Positions 1-13,297 of a stretch of 64,000 nt of DNA are shown in pieces. Below the pieces are notes generated by a model. That model searched no databases, was not told the DNA's origin, and worked only from the letters and a program-made list of their open reading frames with translations. The DNA is from Lingula anatina (taxonomy: Eukaryota; Animalia; Brachiopoda): positions 31,887,967-31,951,966 of the forward strand of contig CM120640.1 of assembly GCA_051362555.1 (NCBI GenBank). The letters run 5' to 3'. The position numbers were made by a program, and so were the translations under genes. How positions within the stretch are numbered: position 1 is the stretch's first letter; each line of letters starts with the position of its first letter.

Positions 1-269
1 ACTACAGCCTGTGTTGGAAAGAAATGATTCATTCTTTTTCTGTTGTATGAATTGATTTTATTTCAAAATGGTAATATCATTGTCATAGATTAGTTTGGTT
101 TACAATTCATTTCCCTGGCACATTTAAGCAACACTAACTGAGCTCTAGGTCGTCTAGAAAAGAACTTGTTTGTCAGTTTTTTTTTTTAATTCTCTTGTCA
201 GTACAGAGAGGTGATTTTTTTCGTCCTACCGCTTGCCAATCTTATAAGGCGGAGCGCCATACCAAACCG

Positions 270-443
270 ATGTAACGAAACTGAGTGTCTGTGTAACAGA
301 AAGTCAGCGCTTTCCATTTAGTTATAGCGGTTAGGGTTAGCCTGACCTAAGTGGGTCAAAATCTAGGACGAGGCTTACCTGTAGGCCTACAAATGAATGG
401 GAAGCGGACTTTCTATCATGTGGGACTCTCTGTCACGTTACAC
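270..443 (+). repeat. Dispersed repeat, left copy of an inverted pair
   Basis: Similar to the reverse complement of 1368-1518 (GTAACGAAACTG...GACCTAAGTGGG...GGGACTCTCTGTCAC); contains GGTTAGGGTTAG. Confidence 0.75.
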
Positions 444-825
444 GGCTCTCTTGTATTAAAGGTGTTTGACCAGTGCAAGGGATCGTTATATGTTGGGCTT
501 TGTCTCATAATAGAGTGCCCGATCAGTGCGCCCTGACTTTATAAACTGCACTTTGAATTTTGCTGTTTCATTCTCACACGTTTGTCTTCATATTAAACCG
601 AACCGTGACCTAATAACGTCAGATGTTACGTGTACCTGAGGTAAACCGTCAACATAAAGGCCATTTAATTATACTGAACTGAGAATGCTTTCTTAAAATT
701 TCCAAAGCTTGTTGTACATGTATGTTATGCTTATATACAAGTTCAAATCGCGGAGACTAGCGTATAATGTCTGAACGATAACGGATTTATACGCATAAAT
801 TCCGTTTTACGAAGGCAATATTATC

Positions 826-827
<2 letters not shown>

Positions 828-876
<49 letters not shown>
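828..876. repeat. poly(T) tract
   Basis: About 49 consecutive T. Confidence 0.95.
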
Positions 877-877
<1 letters not shown>

Positions 878-1367
878 TCGAGCTGTGTATCACGTTGATT
901 ACAGATACGCTACATTAGAGTGATTTATGCCCTTTGCATGTGTAACATCATACCAATACATTAATAAGAAACTGGATTACTTTGTATGCTATATGTACAT
1001 CATTTATATTAAGAAGGGCATGTTTACGTGATGATTACAAAGTTTACAATGTATTTTTTTACTCTCAATTACAGTATGATTGTAAGACAAGTGCACTTAT
1101 ATTCACTTTGCTTTTCGATTCGCTTTTTTACATTCACGGTAGTCATGCATTGCTATGTGGTAAAATTGAATTGAGCTGATAAAGCATGTACGCGATTTCA
1201 AAGGATATATTATCATAATATGAATACAACTGGAATATACATGTAATTTGGCATATAATATAGTGGTTTTCTACTGATGCCACGTGTTTAATACACATTG
1301 ATGATGTTGGGTCTTGATAGCAATTTTCAATCCAGCTTTTTTAACATTAACACGAACAGTGTACCGG

Positions 1368-1518
1368 TGTAATGTGACAGAGAGTCCCCCAAGATAGAGA
1401 GTCCGCGTCCCATTCATTTGTATAGGTAGGCCTCGCCCTAGATTTTAACCCACTTAGGTCAGACAGCTAAATGGAGGGCGCACAATCTGTTACACGGACC
1501 CCCAGTTTCGTTACACCC
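1368..1518 (-). repeat. Dispersed repeat, right copy of an inverted pair
   Basis: GTGACAGAGAGTCCC...CCCACTTAGGTCAG...CAGTTTCGTTACA is a diverged reverse complement of 270-443. Confidence 0.75.
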
Positions 1519-2586
1519 ACATTTTCAATCTTGACTACTTCTACTGCTTCGAACTTCATATTTTACTGAAGTTCCCCAAAAAATAAAATATGGGTTTAGT
1601 TCGGGAAAATTTGAAGTAAAACTAAAATTAAAATAAAAATAGAAATAGAAAAATAAGTAACTTAAAACCGTAAATATAATCAGATCATACTGATTTTTTG
1701 AAAAACATGCCTTTTAATGAAATAAAGCTTGTATTTATTACAGAAACAGTTTGACGCTTGTTGGCAAACGTGGCAGAAAATACATAAAGAGTACGCCCTG
1801 GTATATGGTGGAAAAAGAAATAAATAAATTTAAAAAAATTAAAAACTTTTATCCACGTATCACTTTACAACAAATCCTAATCTTCAGTCAGCCACCCGCA
1901 TTAGGCTGTAAAAGGTACTGGGTTAATAATAGCATACACCATAGCTGCACATCAGTGGGAATTAATTCTCAAGCGTGATCTTCAGATTCAGTAAAATAAA
2001 TGACACCATCTGATCATGAACAGATGCAGGAGACTTGAAAATCAGAGTGAAAACGGGTCTGATTCTAGTTAAGAATGATCAATAGCTAACGAAACTAGAA
2101 CCGGTAAAGCACATAGCGTTATCCATATGCAATTAATAGAAAATTGGAAGTAATTTATCTCTTGTATTTGACGGATAATTCTCCCTAATGATATCTCAAA
2201 GTCACTTAATGGGCTTCCACACACCTGCTGAGGGGAATTTTAGAGTAATGTCATTGCTTCATTAGAATAATAAGTCTTTAAGGGAGACCGATACGAAATT
2301 AAGGCTGGTGGTCCTTTTCCCGTTTCCTTTATGTGAAATACCTATCTTAATATAAATGCTATAAAAATAAACAAATTTCTAAAACAGAGTCTGTTTTTTG
2401 TTGCTTATTCCCCGACCCACTTGCTTCTGCACATAGTCCACAGAGTGGACTCCCTTTAATCGCCAATATCGCTGTTTTGTGTATTGATGGAAATTAAATG
2501 TAAAACAATATAAGACATGAAATTAAAATTGGCACGGCTGATGACTAGGGTGTGAATTACAATCTGGTGCCAGTGATTGATTTTAA

Positions 2587-2672
2587 TTTGTTTGTTTGGT
2601 TGTTTGTTTGTTTGTTTGTTTGTTTGTTTGTTTGTTTGTTGTTTGTTTGTTTGTTTGTTTGTTTGTTTGTTT
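2587..2672. repeat. (TTTG)n microsatellite
   Basis: Direct inspection; it produces the spurious CLFV ORF. Confidence 0.95.
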
Positions 2673-3266
2673 GGGAGGTATGAGACACTTCAATTTCCTG
2701 TGACACAAATATTATTTAAATATCCCTTCAAAGCAATCCTTATACAACAGTCTAACGCACGTCTATAATGGCAAGTTTCTTTTCAGAGACATTGATATCA
2801 CTATATGCATTCACCTTGCCTTGCCTTCACCTACTGTCTCTTTCAAAAATGGTTAAATATTCTGACAACAATGTAATTTTGGAATTTTGGTAGATTTATT
2901 AAGGCCATAAATGCTGTAAAACAAATTTTGAGAATTATTTTTCTTTAGTTTTCTTTTAACCTCCGTCGTCGGCGAGGTTCATATTGTGTGAAAAAAACAT
3001 GGTCAAGGCTGCTTGTATTCGGAGCTACTGCCACTATCAATCAACCTCCTTGAAAACCCTGGAGAGCACAAATGAGATAGTTAGAGCAATGAAGACGTGG
3101 AAAACATTTTAATCAATCATTTATTTCTTTGTGCATGTGTCTTTCTTTTCAAGCCGCATTTATGGAGAATGCCCCCTGCAGACCCTTCGGCATAGCATGA
3201 AGAGCGAAACACAGAGTTTGAATAAAATGTATCTGCTATACATACTGAAGCCAAACTGTTGACTAA

Positions 3267-3522
3267 GACTGGGTTCCCATACCTAGATCGATCTAACAGG
3301 ATCGATCCATCTCAAAGGGGTTTCTCGCTAAATTGCATTCAGCTTAAGCGGCTTAGATGTCTGGCACGCCTACTGAAACTGCTAAACAATAGTTAATTAC
3401 CCCTAACAGGTTCAGTAGGCGTGTCAGACATCTACGCCGCTTAAGTTGATTGCAATTTAGCAAGAACCCCCTTGGAGATAGATCGATCTACAGTTAGCAC
3501 GATAGGGTCTGGGAATGGTCCC
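3267..3522. mobile_element. Palindromic MITE, PIF/Harbinger-like, family 1
   Basis: Near-full-length hairpin around AATTACCCC; TAA on both sides (3264-66, 3523-25); relatives at 55117 and 57228. Confidence 0.7.
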
Positions 3523-4017
3523 TAACATGCTTGTCACGTATGGCGGTAACAGGGACGGTCACTCACATACACTCATTTTGTGAAGAAACAAAATTGACAC
3601 TTCACACCAAACACATTTCACGGTTTCTCAATGGATAACATGTCTGAAGTCGCAAGTGTTAAATGCGATGCCTGAGATCACCCACAGTTGTAGAAATAAC
3701 TGGAAACTGCAGATGCAAGCCTCTAATGGAGGTGAAATACAAGTACATGTAATCTATGCCTGAAGTGCGATATCTCCGACTTGAGAATTTTCAGTCAAAT
3801 GCAACAAGCCATCTCACGTTACAGAAGTTGGTTTTTGTCTGCTCAAAAGCAATTTCACATAATCTGGTGCATTATCCCCCCTCCCCCCTTGGCTACAGAA
3901 TATTGTATGTTTTTTTCAATTCGTCACTCATCTGTCTTTCATTCGAATAGGAAAAATATATCACAATGCATTTAGTCCCATTAAAATGAAGGCCCTTGGT
4001 AGTAAATATACTACAAT

Positions 4018-4208
4018 GAACAGGCTCGGACGGAAATCGTCTCAATTTCCTGTTAGATTCTTGGTGCGCTTTAATATCTTTTCGGTATATCTCTCTTATT
4101 TCACGAGGTTATGCTATTGGTTATCTAAAATGACATATAATATCGATGCCGATATTTAAAACAAGTGAGTTCGATAACGGAGGCGAACAGTTCTGAAAGA
4201 GATCGATT
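4018..4208 (+). repeat. Dispersed ~190 bp repeat, second copy at 14157-14316
   Basis: Shared AGATTCTTGGT...TTTAATAT...TTTCACGAGGTTATG...AAATGAC...TATCGAT...GCGAACA...GAAAGAGATCG. Confidence 0.7.
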
Positions 4209-5349
4209 TGTAATGGCAAGACCCATGTTTAGCTGGCCCTGCAGGTCGTCGTACAAAAAGTGGCTTCAATCAGACAGATATCCATCACATGAAGATGTCA
4301 CTGACTTTGATTCACTGTTTAACAGTAATGGCGATTTAGGATAAGATGATTATGGATAACTTTGCCCTTTACTAACAGTTTGCCATGAAGTTCTGGAAAT
4401 AAAAAGGTTAAATAATTCTATATGAAAAATGACAATTGACAATTTGAAAATGGTGCTGGTCAGGGCTTACTGGTAGGTATATGTCCTGAATTAAACGTAT
4501 TTAGCAATGATCAGTGATGACAAAATTGTTTTTTCTTTTTCATTTCCTTGTATTTATAACTTTGAAATTGTTTAATGCGGCGTTTCCCAATTTAAATATA
4601 ATATAATGTACATGTACTTTTCCAATTTACTAGGTTTTTTTCAGTCATTAAAAACAGGTTATCTAGACTATATATATACTGCAGTTTTCTTGGTTGAAAT
4701 GATACCAAAATTCACCATTTTGCTTCAGATTTTCAAAATTGTCTTGGGGGAGTTCCCCCAAACCCCCGACTGCGGAGAGGAAACCCCCTCCTCTCCACCC
4801 CCCCCCCCAACCTACGCTACCAGTACCCTCTGAAAATTGTCCCCATTAAGTAAGATAGGCCTTTAAAAGATAGGCTTCAAAATTTTACCAAGTTATCAAA
4901 ACCATTTACAATATAATAATTATCAGAATTGTATGTACATGATTATGTGATTTTTTTAAATGGTTACTTATTCTGTACACATACAAAAGAAATGTGGTTT
5001 TTGATAACCAAATTATATGCTTATGATAAAGAAATTAGCTTCAATTTTTATCTTGGTGAAAGTGTGAGTTGCATATCTTGTGGAAATAAGGAAAACTTGA
5101 ATTAGAATAATTCACTTTTTTATTTTTAATTATTTTTGATTATTTTTAAATTATTTTTATTTTTAATTTGTTTGTAGCAGATATTTAATTAATCGTCCGG
5201 AGTTTTTGTAGACTGCATTTATAAGTTATCTATATTTGTAATGAAATGAATAGTTTGTTTCATGGGGTCAGCTGTAGAGTGGGCTACTTCAAAATGAATC
5301 GTGAAACTTGAGTGAAGTATTGAAGCAGTCGGTGGTTTACAGCAGTCCT

Positions 5350-5786
5350 CTAGCCATTGTCAACAATATTGCGGACGCTGCTGTTTGCAGTCAGGGGACC
5401 CATCTCAAGCTGTTCTTCCGCCAACACCTCCTGTCATGACGAAAAAACGCTGCATATAATTAGTCAGTCAACTACAGTTTCCTCAATATCACAACCATGG
5501 GATGTTTTAGTGGGTGAATATAGAAAACGAATTCCATCTTTTCCCATCACATACATTTAAGGTATAAAGTCTTTGACATTTGGTTATTTTAACTTATATA
5601 CATACACAAATTGCTTGAAGTCTGTGAAGGTTCACTCTAAGGAACCAGCCAGTATTTACTCTATTAGAAGTGGTCAGTGTAATGTAATGAATCCAGGCGT
5701 TACCTGAGCAATGTCTAAAATGGGAGAGGTGACCACATCGGTTGTGAAATTATTCACGTAATAGTCACAGAGCCAGCTGCATTTAA

Positions 5787-5822
<36 letters not shown>

Positions 5823-8800
5823 ATAAATAAATAAATAAATAAATAAATATAAAATTATAATAGATAAATAGACAAATGAATAGAAGAAAGATATATTAAT
5901 TCCAAAAAAGATATAATAAAAAAATGAAAATTTTAAAGATATGGCTAAAACTGTTAAATAAAATTTTTAGCTATAAGGAGCCTTGCAGGAAGAAAAAAAC
6001 ATTGATGTAATTCGTACCGATGACTTAAAAAGCCAGTCATGCTGTCAATTCTTTGGTCCACGTTGCTGAAATGAAATAGAGAGAAATAGTTCAATCTGTG
6101 TTGACAGTTCAATATGAGACGAATTGGGGACAATGGAAACTGAAGACGATTTCTACGAAGATAACACGGCTTATTTAAAAAGTGCATTATGTACTTTTGT
6201 GTCTTTAGACAGGCCTATGCTTAGAAGTCTAGTGACAGATGTTGATGACAATTCATTAAATTATTTTAATACCGCACATATTCATGTAGTTGTTCATACT
6301 GTAGTGTTGCCTACCAGACTAATCTGTCAATCAGATCCCTGAAGACGTGCTCTGTATCTGTGTAGATGATGGTGCCTTGGAGGATTTTTCTTCTGGCTTC
6401 TGCTCTAGTTGGCAGTTCAGTCCAAAGTGGGTGTCTAAATAAATTGACTAAAATTACTCTTGTTTTCCAACACGTCCTACTATTACTATTGGAAACAAGG
6501 CAGCAAAGCTGTCAAATGTACAGACAAAAAGAAGAAAATAATAATTCACAAAACAGAATACTGTTAATTCTGATGCAATAATACATTATACTTAACTGCA
6601 AAGTCAACTTCAAATTTTAATTATGCACAACAGGTAACACCAATGAAAGTTAAAGGATAAGGTTTCAGGGCCATGAGAGTTAAAGTACACACTTACAAAA
6701 TGCCAGGTCGAGAAAAATGAAAATTTCACAAAAAAATTGCATTAATCCAATAAAAATGATAATCCAAGAGAGCTGGTTTTCTTATTTAATCTGTATGTCA
6801 AGAAGGGTAAATGACATGATTTTTCTTTAATGGTCACTATGAAGGCAGTGCCCAAATTGGGGTTTCTTCAAATTTGATGCAATATTACATAATGCATAAC
6901 AGCATAATGACCATCAATTCTTAATAATAAAGTAAAAGTATCATGAGTATTCAGAAAATGTGACTAGCACAGGTTTTCATAGCACATGGAAGTTATAGTT
7001 ACACCTTAAATTTTCACGAAAAAATGTATAACTTCCAGAAAAATTAATCAAGTTCCATGTTTCTTTTCTGTAAGTGTGAGAAGTGTAAGTGGCATGGATT
7101 TGCTTTAATGGTCACTATGGCAGCAGTGCCCAAAACAGGGTTTACTTCAATTTTGATGCAATATTACATAATGTAATATTGCATAATGTAATAACAGTAT
7201 AATGACATTCAATTTTTAATAACAAAATAAATGTATCACAGATATTCAGAAAATGTGACTAGCAAAAGTCTTCAAGTCCATGGAAGTTCAGAGTCAAACC
7301 TTGAAAATGCCAAATTGTAAACAAGAGAACTATACTGAAATGTATTTATTTCCATTTTCAACACCTTTTTCACATAACATAAAATTATCGATTTCCTGTT
7401 ATTTTTAAATGATCAACTAAGTAAATTGTTGACATAGGAAAAAAAATATCAATAGAACAATTTTAAATGTCCAATTTGCTCCATTCTGAGATTCTGAACA
7501 TAGTGAATGATTGAATCTGACAAACTATAAAGGTATGAGTTTATTTCCATTTTTGACACTTTATTACACAATAACAGGTTTACCATCATTTTTATATGAT
7601 AAACTAACAATATTGTTAAGATGCAGAAAATGTCAAAAGAACACCTTTACATATCTAATTAGTTAAAAAATGAGACTGTTAACATGCCTAATTATATGAA
7701 AAAACACTAATTTACAAAAAAAGGCATAACTTCACCAAAACTTAACCGATCAAGCTTATTTTCGGACTTAATCTGTATTTCAGTAATACTGATAACTCCT
7801 GTGAATTTCAAGACAATTGGCCAATCGATTTTTCTTGAAATGTGTTATCAGTGTTGCATATATGCTGAAAAAAGTGAAAAAACAGCACAACTTTGATAAA
7901 AATGGCCCGATCATGCTGATTTTCGAACTTGACCTGCATATTATGAATATTCTTCAGTTACCTAAGTTTCAAGCCAAAACGGTTTACTTTTTCACTTATC
8001 GTTACTACCATAAAAATGGCTCGATCATGCTGATTTTCGAACTTGACCTGCATATTATAAATATTCATCAGTTCTGTAAGTTTCAAGCCAGAAGGTAAAA
8101 CGGTTTCCACTTATCGTGTTATCGGTGTTGCACATATGCTGAAAAAATGAAAAAATAGCATAACTTCCATAAAAATGGCCCGATCATGCTGATTTTCGAA
8201 CTTGACCTGCGTATTATGAATATTCATCAGTTCTGTAAGTTTCAAGCCAAAAGGTAAAACAATTTTTCACTTATCGTGCTATCGGTGAAAGTGCACGGCG
8301 ACGACGACGGCAACGACAGACGCAGGTGATGGCTATATGTACAGACACAGCTGTGTCTGTACATAAAAATTACTGAATGCCTATATATATACATTCTAAT
8401 TTTCCTGTTCATATTACTAGCAGCTCTAAAGAAGGGAGGGTGTTATTTTGGCCTAATATTTTCCATCAAAGCTGTTGGTTTGAATATCAGTCCAGTCATC
8501 ATTCACATAACTGTATCTTTTTTCTTACCTTCCCTCCATCAATTCAAAAAGCAAGACACCCAAGGCGTAGTAATCGACCCTCCACGAGGCGGCGTCACCC
8601 CCCAGAACCTCAGGAGTCATGTTCTTATAGAGGGTGAAGTTCATCAACTCCACCCCATTGATACTTTCCCCAGCCTCATTTAGAGGGTGAACGGACCCTA
8701 GATCACACTGGAAGAAAGAACTCCGCATTTAAAAATTAAATAAAAAAGGGAATCTTCTGGTTACCAAAATGAAAGTATTCATTACATCCAAAGTCTTCTT

Positions 8801-10112
8801 TTATCAATCTAATACAAAACCATATTTTACCATTACATGTTATCATTCGGATTTTCACACAGCGGTGTCGCATGAACAGTAATTTTTAGGTACATAAAAT
8901 GGAGCCTTAGCGAACAGCGAGACGGTATAGAAATATCAGGCCCCACCGAGGAACGTTATAGCGAAAAGAAAAAATTAATTCGAATTTTTTTACTCAGATA
9001 ATCAAACTGAACCACAACAAAGCGAATATCTTACCAGTTTAGGGATTCCGTGTAGACTAATCAAGACGTTGTTCGTTTTTAAATCAAAATGGGCTACGTG
9101 TCGTTGGTGCAAGTGCCCAATAGCCATACAGACACATGTGGCTATATACTTCACCATCTGAAGAGGAACTTCGTCCCTACCAAATGGATTTAAGCAACTG
9201 TCAGTATGATATTCTTGTCAACGTTTAAGAAAAAAATATTGTGTGGAATAACGTATTTCTTATAACATAGACATTTTTGGATAGAACAAGATAAAATCCG
9301 AAAAAATGAAAGGATTATTTAAAGAAAAGAAAGTAATATAATTACTTACAAAAATGTCTCCCAATACTCTTGCAGAATGTCCAGGTCCATCGGACATAGT
9401 TCCGACAGTAGAACAGGCAAGCCAGGTCGAATTTCAAAGGAGTGAACGAGTCTGGAACGGGAATTTCTCATATCAGACTGAGATAAACTACACAAATATA
9501 TATCGGGTTGACGAAATATTTTGAATCTGTACAGAGTGATTTCTCATTGTATGATGAATAATTGAGATTTTACAGTTAAAGTTAATGACGTATTTATCCG
9601 TCCAGTATGTTTTAATACTCATTAAATTTAGCAAAATGATATTGTGAAAGATGTTGATAATTGAACATCATGTATGCATCAAACATTAAACGAGGGGAAG
9701 ATATTATAACTTGGCGTATTTCGTAAACACCTTAAGATAAATTTGCTGTCTATCCTCTTCATGAAAGAAACTTCTTTGTAGATGAACCTTGCATAGGCCT
9801 CGGAAGTTGGCACCTTTAATGCTAGGTTGTCTTTAAACTAAATATAAAATATATCGAACAGTTAGTGTAATGTCACATCTGTAAATAACAACAGTAAAGA
9901 TAAAGTGGTGACATTACTACATGATTAATCACTTTAATTTTTTTTTATTTATTATTTTATTTTTTTTTTTTTTTTGCTACTGCTTTAAAAATTTACAATC
10001 GTAATTACTATTGCTACTCCCGCTATTCCAGATCACTTATGTTTGTTCATCATGATAAGTTCAATACCTTGTACACTGCACCGAACCCGCCACCTCCCAA
10101 AATCGGAAGCAT
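5350..10112 (-). CDS. Divergent Ser/Thr protein kinase, AGC-like C-lobe, about 298 aa; exons 10112-10068, 9837-9731, 9451-9350, 9176-9035, 8707-8529, 6434-6315, 6065-6018, 5776-5704, 5430-5350 (start codon uncertain)
   Basis: All introns GT-AG with consistent phases. Motifs appear in canonical order: LGGGGFGAVYK, ALK, KEVSFMKRI, ELCPMDL, HFDLKTNNVL, CDLGS, MTPE, VDYYALGVLLFELMEGRHP, RDLIDRLV, DQRI...SHRW. Confidence 0.88.
5787..5850. repeat. (GATA)n(AAAT)n compound microsatellite
   Basis: Direct inspection; lies in a kinase intron next to a splice acceptor. Confidence 0.9.
6494..8369 (-). mobile_element. Non-autonomous Helentron/HINE-type element with internal tandem repeats, in kinase intron 5
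   Basis: One end: AACAAG, GGCAGCAAAGCTGTC stem-loop, ATGTACAGACA. Other end: (GAC)n then ATGTACAGACAC-AGCT-GTGTCTGTACAT-AAAA palindrome. Internal repeats of TAAAAATGGCCCGATCATGCTGATTTTCGAACTTGACC at ~7897, 8010, 8170. A shorter relative is at 51634. Confidence 0.75.
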
Positions 10113-10662
10113 CGTGTCTTCCTTCCAAAAAAGAGCCCGAACCTTAAACAATGAATAAAGGGAAATTGAATCCTCATTTTGACCTGAGCATATACTCGAT
10201 ATGAAGTTATCGAATGCTCGTTCCTATTTTTCAGGACTTGCGTTTTGAATTGAATCTTCTTGACGAGTGAAATTGTCAAAAGCAGTTTAATAGAAGCTTA
10301 AATAGAATGACCCGATTACTTCTGAAACAAAACTTTAAAACGTCACACAGAATCTTATTTTGATTAATAAGAAACAAAGTACTGGGGGTGTTGTACATTG
10401 AAACATTGAAACCAGCAGCTGACTTTTTGACTTTGTGATTTTTGTGTTGCTAAAAAACAAAATCTCACCTCGTTTTCGAGTCTGAATATTTCTCTGTGAA
10501 AAATATACATGTAACTGTATTTCATGCCTAAAAAGGCCATATGTGACGCAACTATCATGGCTTATATCGTCTATTTTACTCAGACGTAAATCGTCGTAGA
10601 TCTATGCACTTCGCTTGCGCGCAACATATCTCCAATAACTTTGTGCTGCCTGGTAACGTCGG

Positions 10663-10716
10663 CACGTGCCAATGACGTCACAATGTTTTGCCTTTTAAGG
10701 ACATAATTATCACGTG
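10663..10716. promoter_or_regulatory. E-box / CCAAT / CRE / E-box cluster upstream of the kinase
   Basis: CACGTG 10663-68, CCAAT 10669-73, TGACGTCA 10673-80, CACGTG 10711-16, in a CpG-richer patch. Confidence 0.55.
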
Positions 10717-12837
10717 AAATATGCATGCGCCCTAAATGTGGAATGAGCGTTTTTTCATGCTTTCAATTCTAGATCTAAGGTTGAAAGTGTATCGGCACTG
10801 TCAAAAATGATGATATATTCTATACCGACTTGTAAACTTGCTTACAGGTGAGTTAGGGCCTACGGCTTCAATTTGAAAACGCGTTGAATTCCCGATTGGG
10901 TTTCTTGTTTGGCTGTGCTTTGGTAGGTTTTCATAAGTAGGCTTTCATAAGTCAACTAGTTAGTCAATTAAAGATTTTTCTGAAAAAAGGGCCATTTATA
11001 CTGCTTCAGTGGTGGTTGGAAGGGTATCTGCGACGGTCTTCCGTGACTATCTTACAAACTTCTGTAACAATAGATGTCATGAGACTACAAGTAAGGTCGC
11101 CTCGTGTGGTTTAGATCATAGGCCTATCAACAGTTGACAGTCTTCCAAATTACCTATCATCAATTGACCGGCGTAGATCTTGGTCCCTACTAATTGCTGA
11201 TGCAATTAAAATACCAAGCAGTTAACCGGAGGGTACTATTTTATCCATTTAATATTAGATGATTATCAATAACTTAACTAACAATTAAACATGAAGTTCT
11301 GGATTTTAAAAGATTTATTAATGATATGAAAAAAATTCCAGTAACTGTGGCAATTTGAAAGAGGTAGGCCTACTGGTAGAGGCTGACTGGTAGGTAAAGT
11401 AACCTAAAATAGTTAGTCCCCCCCCCTCTTCATCCACTCAACCCTACCCCTTGTTCATTTAACACTATCGTTTGCTGGTTCATATCCAGTGTTTCTGTAC
11501 AGCGAAGCAGTTAACGCGGTCTGCAACATTTCGGGGAAGGACAGGTGAACTATAGATCCTGCCAAGATATCTGCAAAGTTTTAAGGCGCAAAACTGGAAA
11601 AGTTGAACAGTTTTTCACCTATAGAAAAGTTTTCAATATACTCTGCTTTTAAGTGGTTCCAAGAGTCCCAAATATTTTGCTGACATCTTGATAATTTTCT
11701 CTTGCGTGCTTCCTCAAAAACGTCCTTAACCAAAAAAATCGATAATCGTATGGGATTTTTATACAGGCAATTGACCTACTTTGGGCCAACGTAGTTATCG
11801 GCGCTATTTCACTATTTTATGACTTGGGCGTGGAAAGTGATTCATGTCTGTGATATGAAAGTTTTTTCCAATGATTTAATTAAAGTGTTGTTGATCAAAT
11901 ATTTCAAAGATTTTTAGCATATAGGGGCATTGCCTCCTTTTAAGGACAATGAGAAGAGTGTACACAAATCAAAATTAAGAAAAATACTGCATTTTTCTCT
12001 TATATGCAAATTACATTGCCTTGAGCTATAAACTGGCCGGAAGTGATGTTCATCTCTGTAACGAGGCCGGTGCAACACAATCTAAATGACGCTGCAAACG
12101 AAATTGTCAGCGGGAAGGCAATCAAACTTTAGTATTTTGGAATATTTAAAATAAAATACGAAAAAGTTACCATAATCAATGGAAAGATGATAAAAGTTAT
12201 CATAAGTAGTTTATATATTTAAAAATAAATATTTTTTCTTTTTGATTTAAGAGCACAAAACTGAAGATGATTTGAATTTATGCTAGGCCCTATTAAAATC
12301 AATTAAAAATAATTGCTAAGTGAACCAAAGAAGATGTCTGATTCAAGTTATTTTTTTTAATTTATTGTACATTCACAAATGTAGACAAATTAAATCCGGT
12401 GAAACATGCACTAGCCGATACCTCAGCCAAATGATGTCCAATTTCAAGTACCTCATTTTTGGCATAATTCTCCCTCAAAACAAACTCTCCCAAGTCAGGA
12501 ATATTATTTCTAATAAAAGACTTATTGTATGAAATCATAGACTTCATTATATTTGACAAATACTGCTTATGAACTAAGAAAGAGTGCATTGATATTTCGA
12601 AAAATACCAAGGATTTTTCTTTGAAATTCTACCCTCCCCCGCCATCCCCCCCTTTCTACTGCTACCATTCAAACAAACCGCTTTCAACGCTCAGCGTGTA
12701 GTGTGCGCCAAAAGTTTTCACTTATTAAAAATATATATTTGCTAATATACTCATATAACATAGTGTAAACAACCATTTTTAAAATGTGGGAGAACATAAA
12801 TAATACAGATAAGAGATCTGAAAATCAAACCGCATGT

Positions 12838-12899
12838 TGCATCGGCCAGGAAGCGCATTCAGGCTGCCCGCGAGCATTTTACTACTGCACCACCGATGC
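12838..12899 (-). pseudogene. tRNA-Gly(GCC)-derived pseudogene lacking the anticodon loop
   Basis: Minus strand reads GCATCGGTGGTGCAGTAGTAAAATGCTCGCGGGCAGCCTGAATGCGCTTCCTGGCCGATGCA. This matches metazoan tRNA-Gly(GCC) ends and arms with a 9-nt deletion of CTGCCACGC and a damaged B-box. Confidence 0.8.
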
Positions 12900-13255
12900 G
12901 CACATCGTTCAAAGAAATTAGGCCATCCGTCCGACCTTCCCCATCCCTTTCAAACAACGGTCCAGTTTGGCAACACAACAAACGTATCACAATATTTAAA
13001 AAACTGAGTAACCAATATGTCTTTTTCTTTGAAATACCAATTTAAGTCTTTATTTTTGTAGGACACAGCGATTTACATAATCACGGGTACAAATGTATAG
13101 TCTAGCTCTGCCACTCACAGATGAGCGTGATGAATGCAGTAGCCGTTAAGCCCCCTTTCCACTGGACGGAGCGGATCCAGATATATTTTCTAAGTCTTCC
13201 AAATTATCTTTGATGGCTCATCCTTCACTTCCCCATCCCCACCCTTGCAAGAGCT

Positions 13256-13297
13256 CACACACACACGCGCGCGTGCGCGTGCACGCACGCGCTCGCA

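Noticed and set aside
2577-2768. CLFV-repeat ORF, and similar ORFs at 13210, 13255, 41549, 41617, 43104-43404 and 53876
   Set aside because: Translations of microsatellites and homopolymers.
10226-10285. Stop-codon readthrough in the kinase N-terminus (AFDNF repeated on both sides of a TAG)
   Set aside because: Another in-frame stop lies immediately upstream; simpler as an acceptor AG or a UTR duplication.
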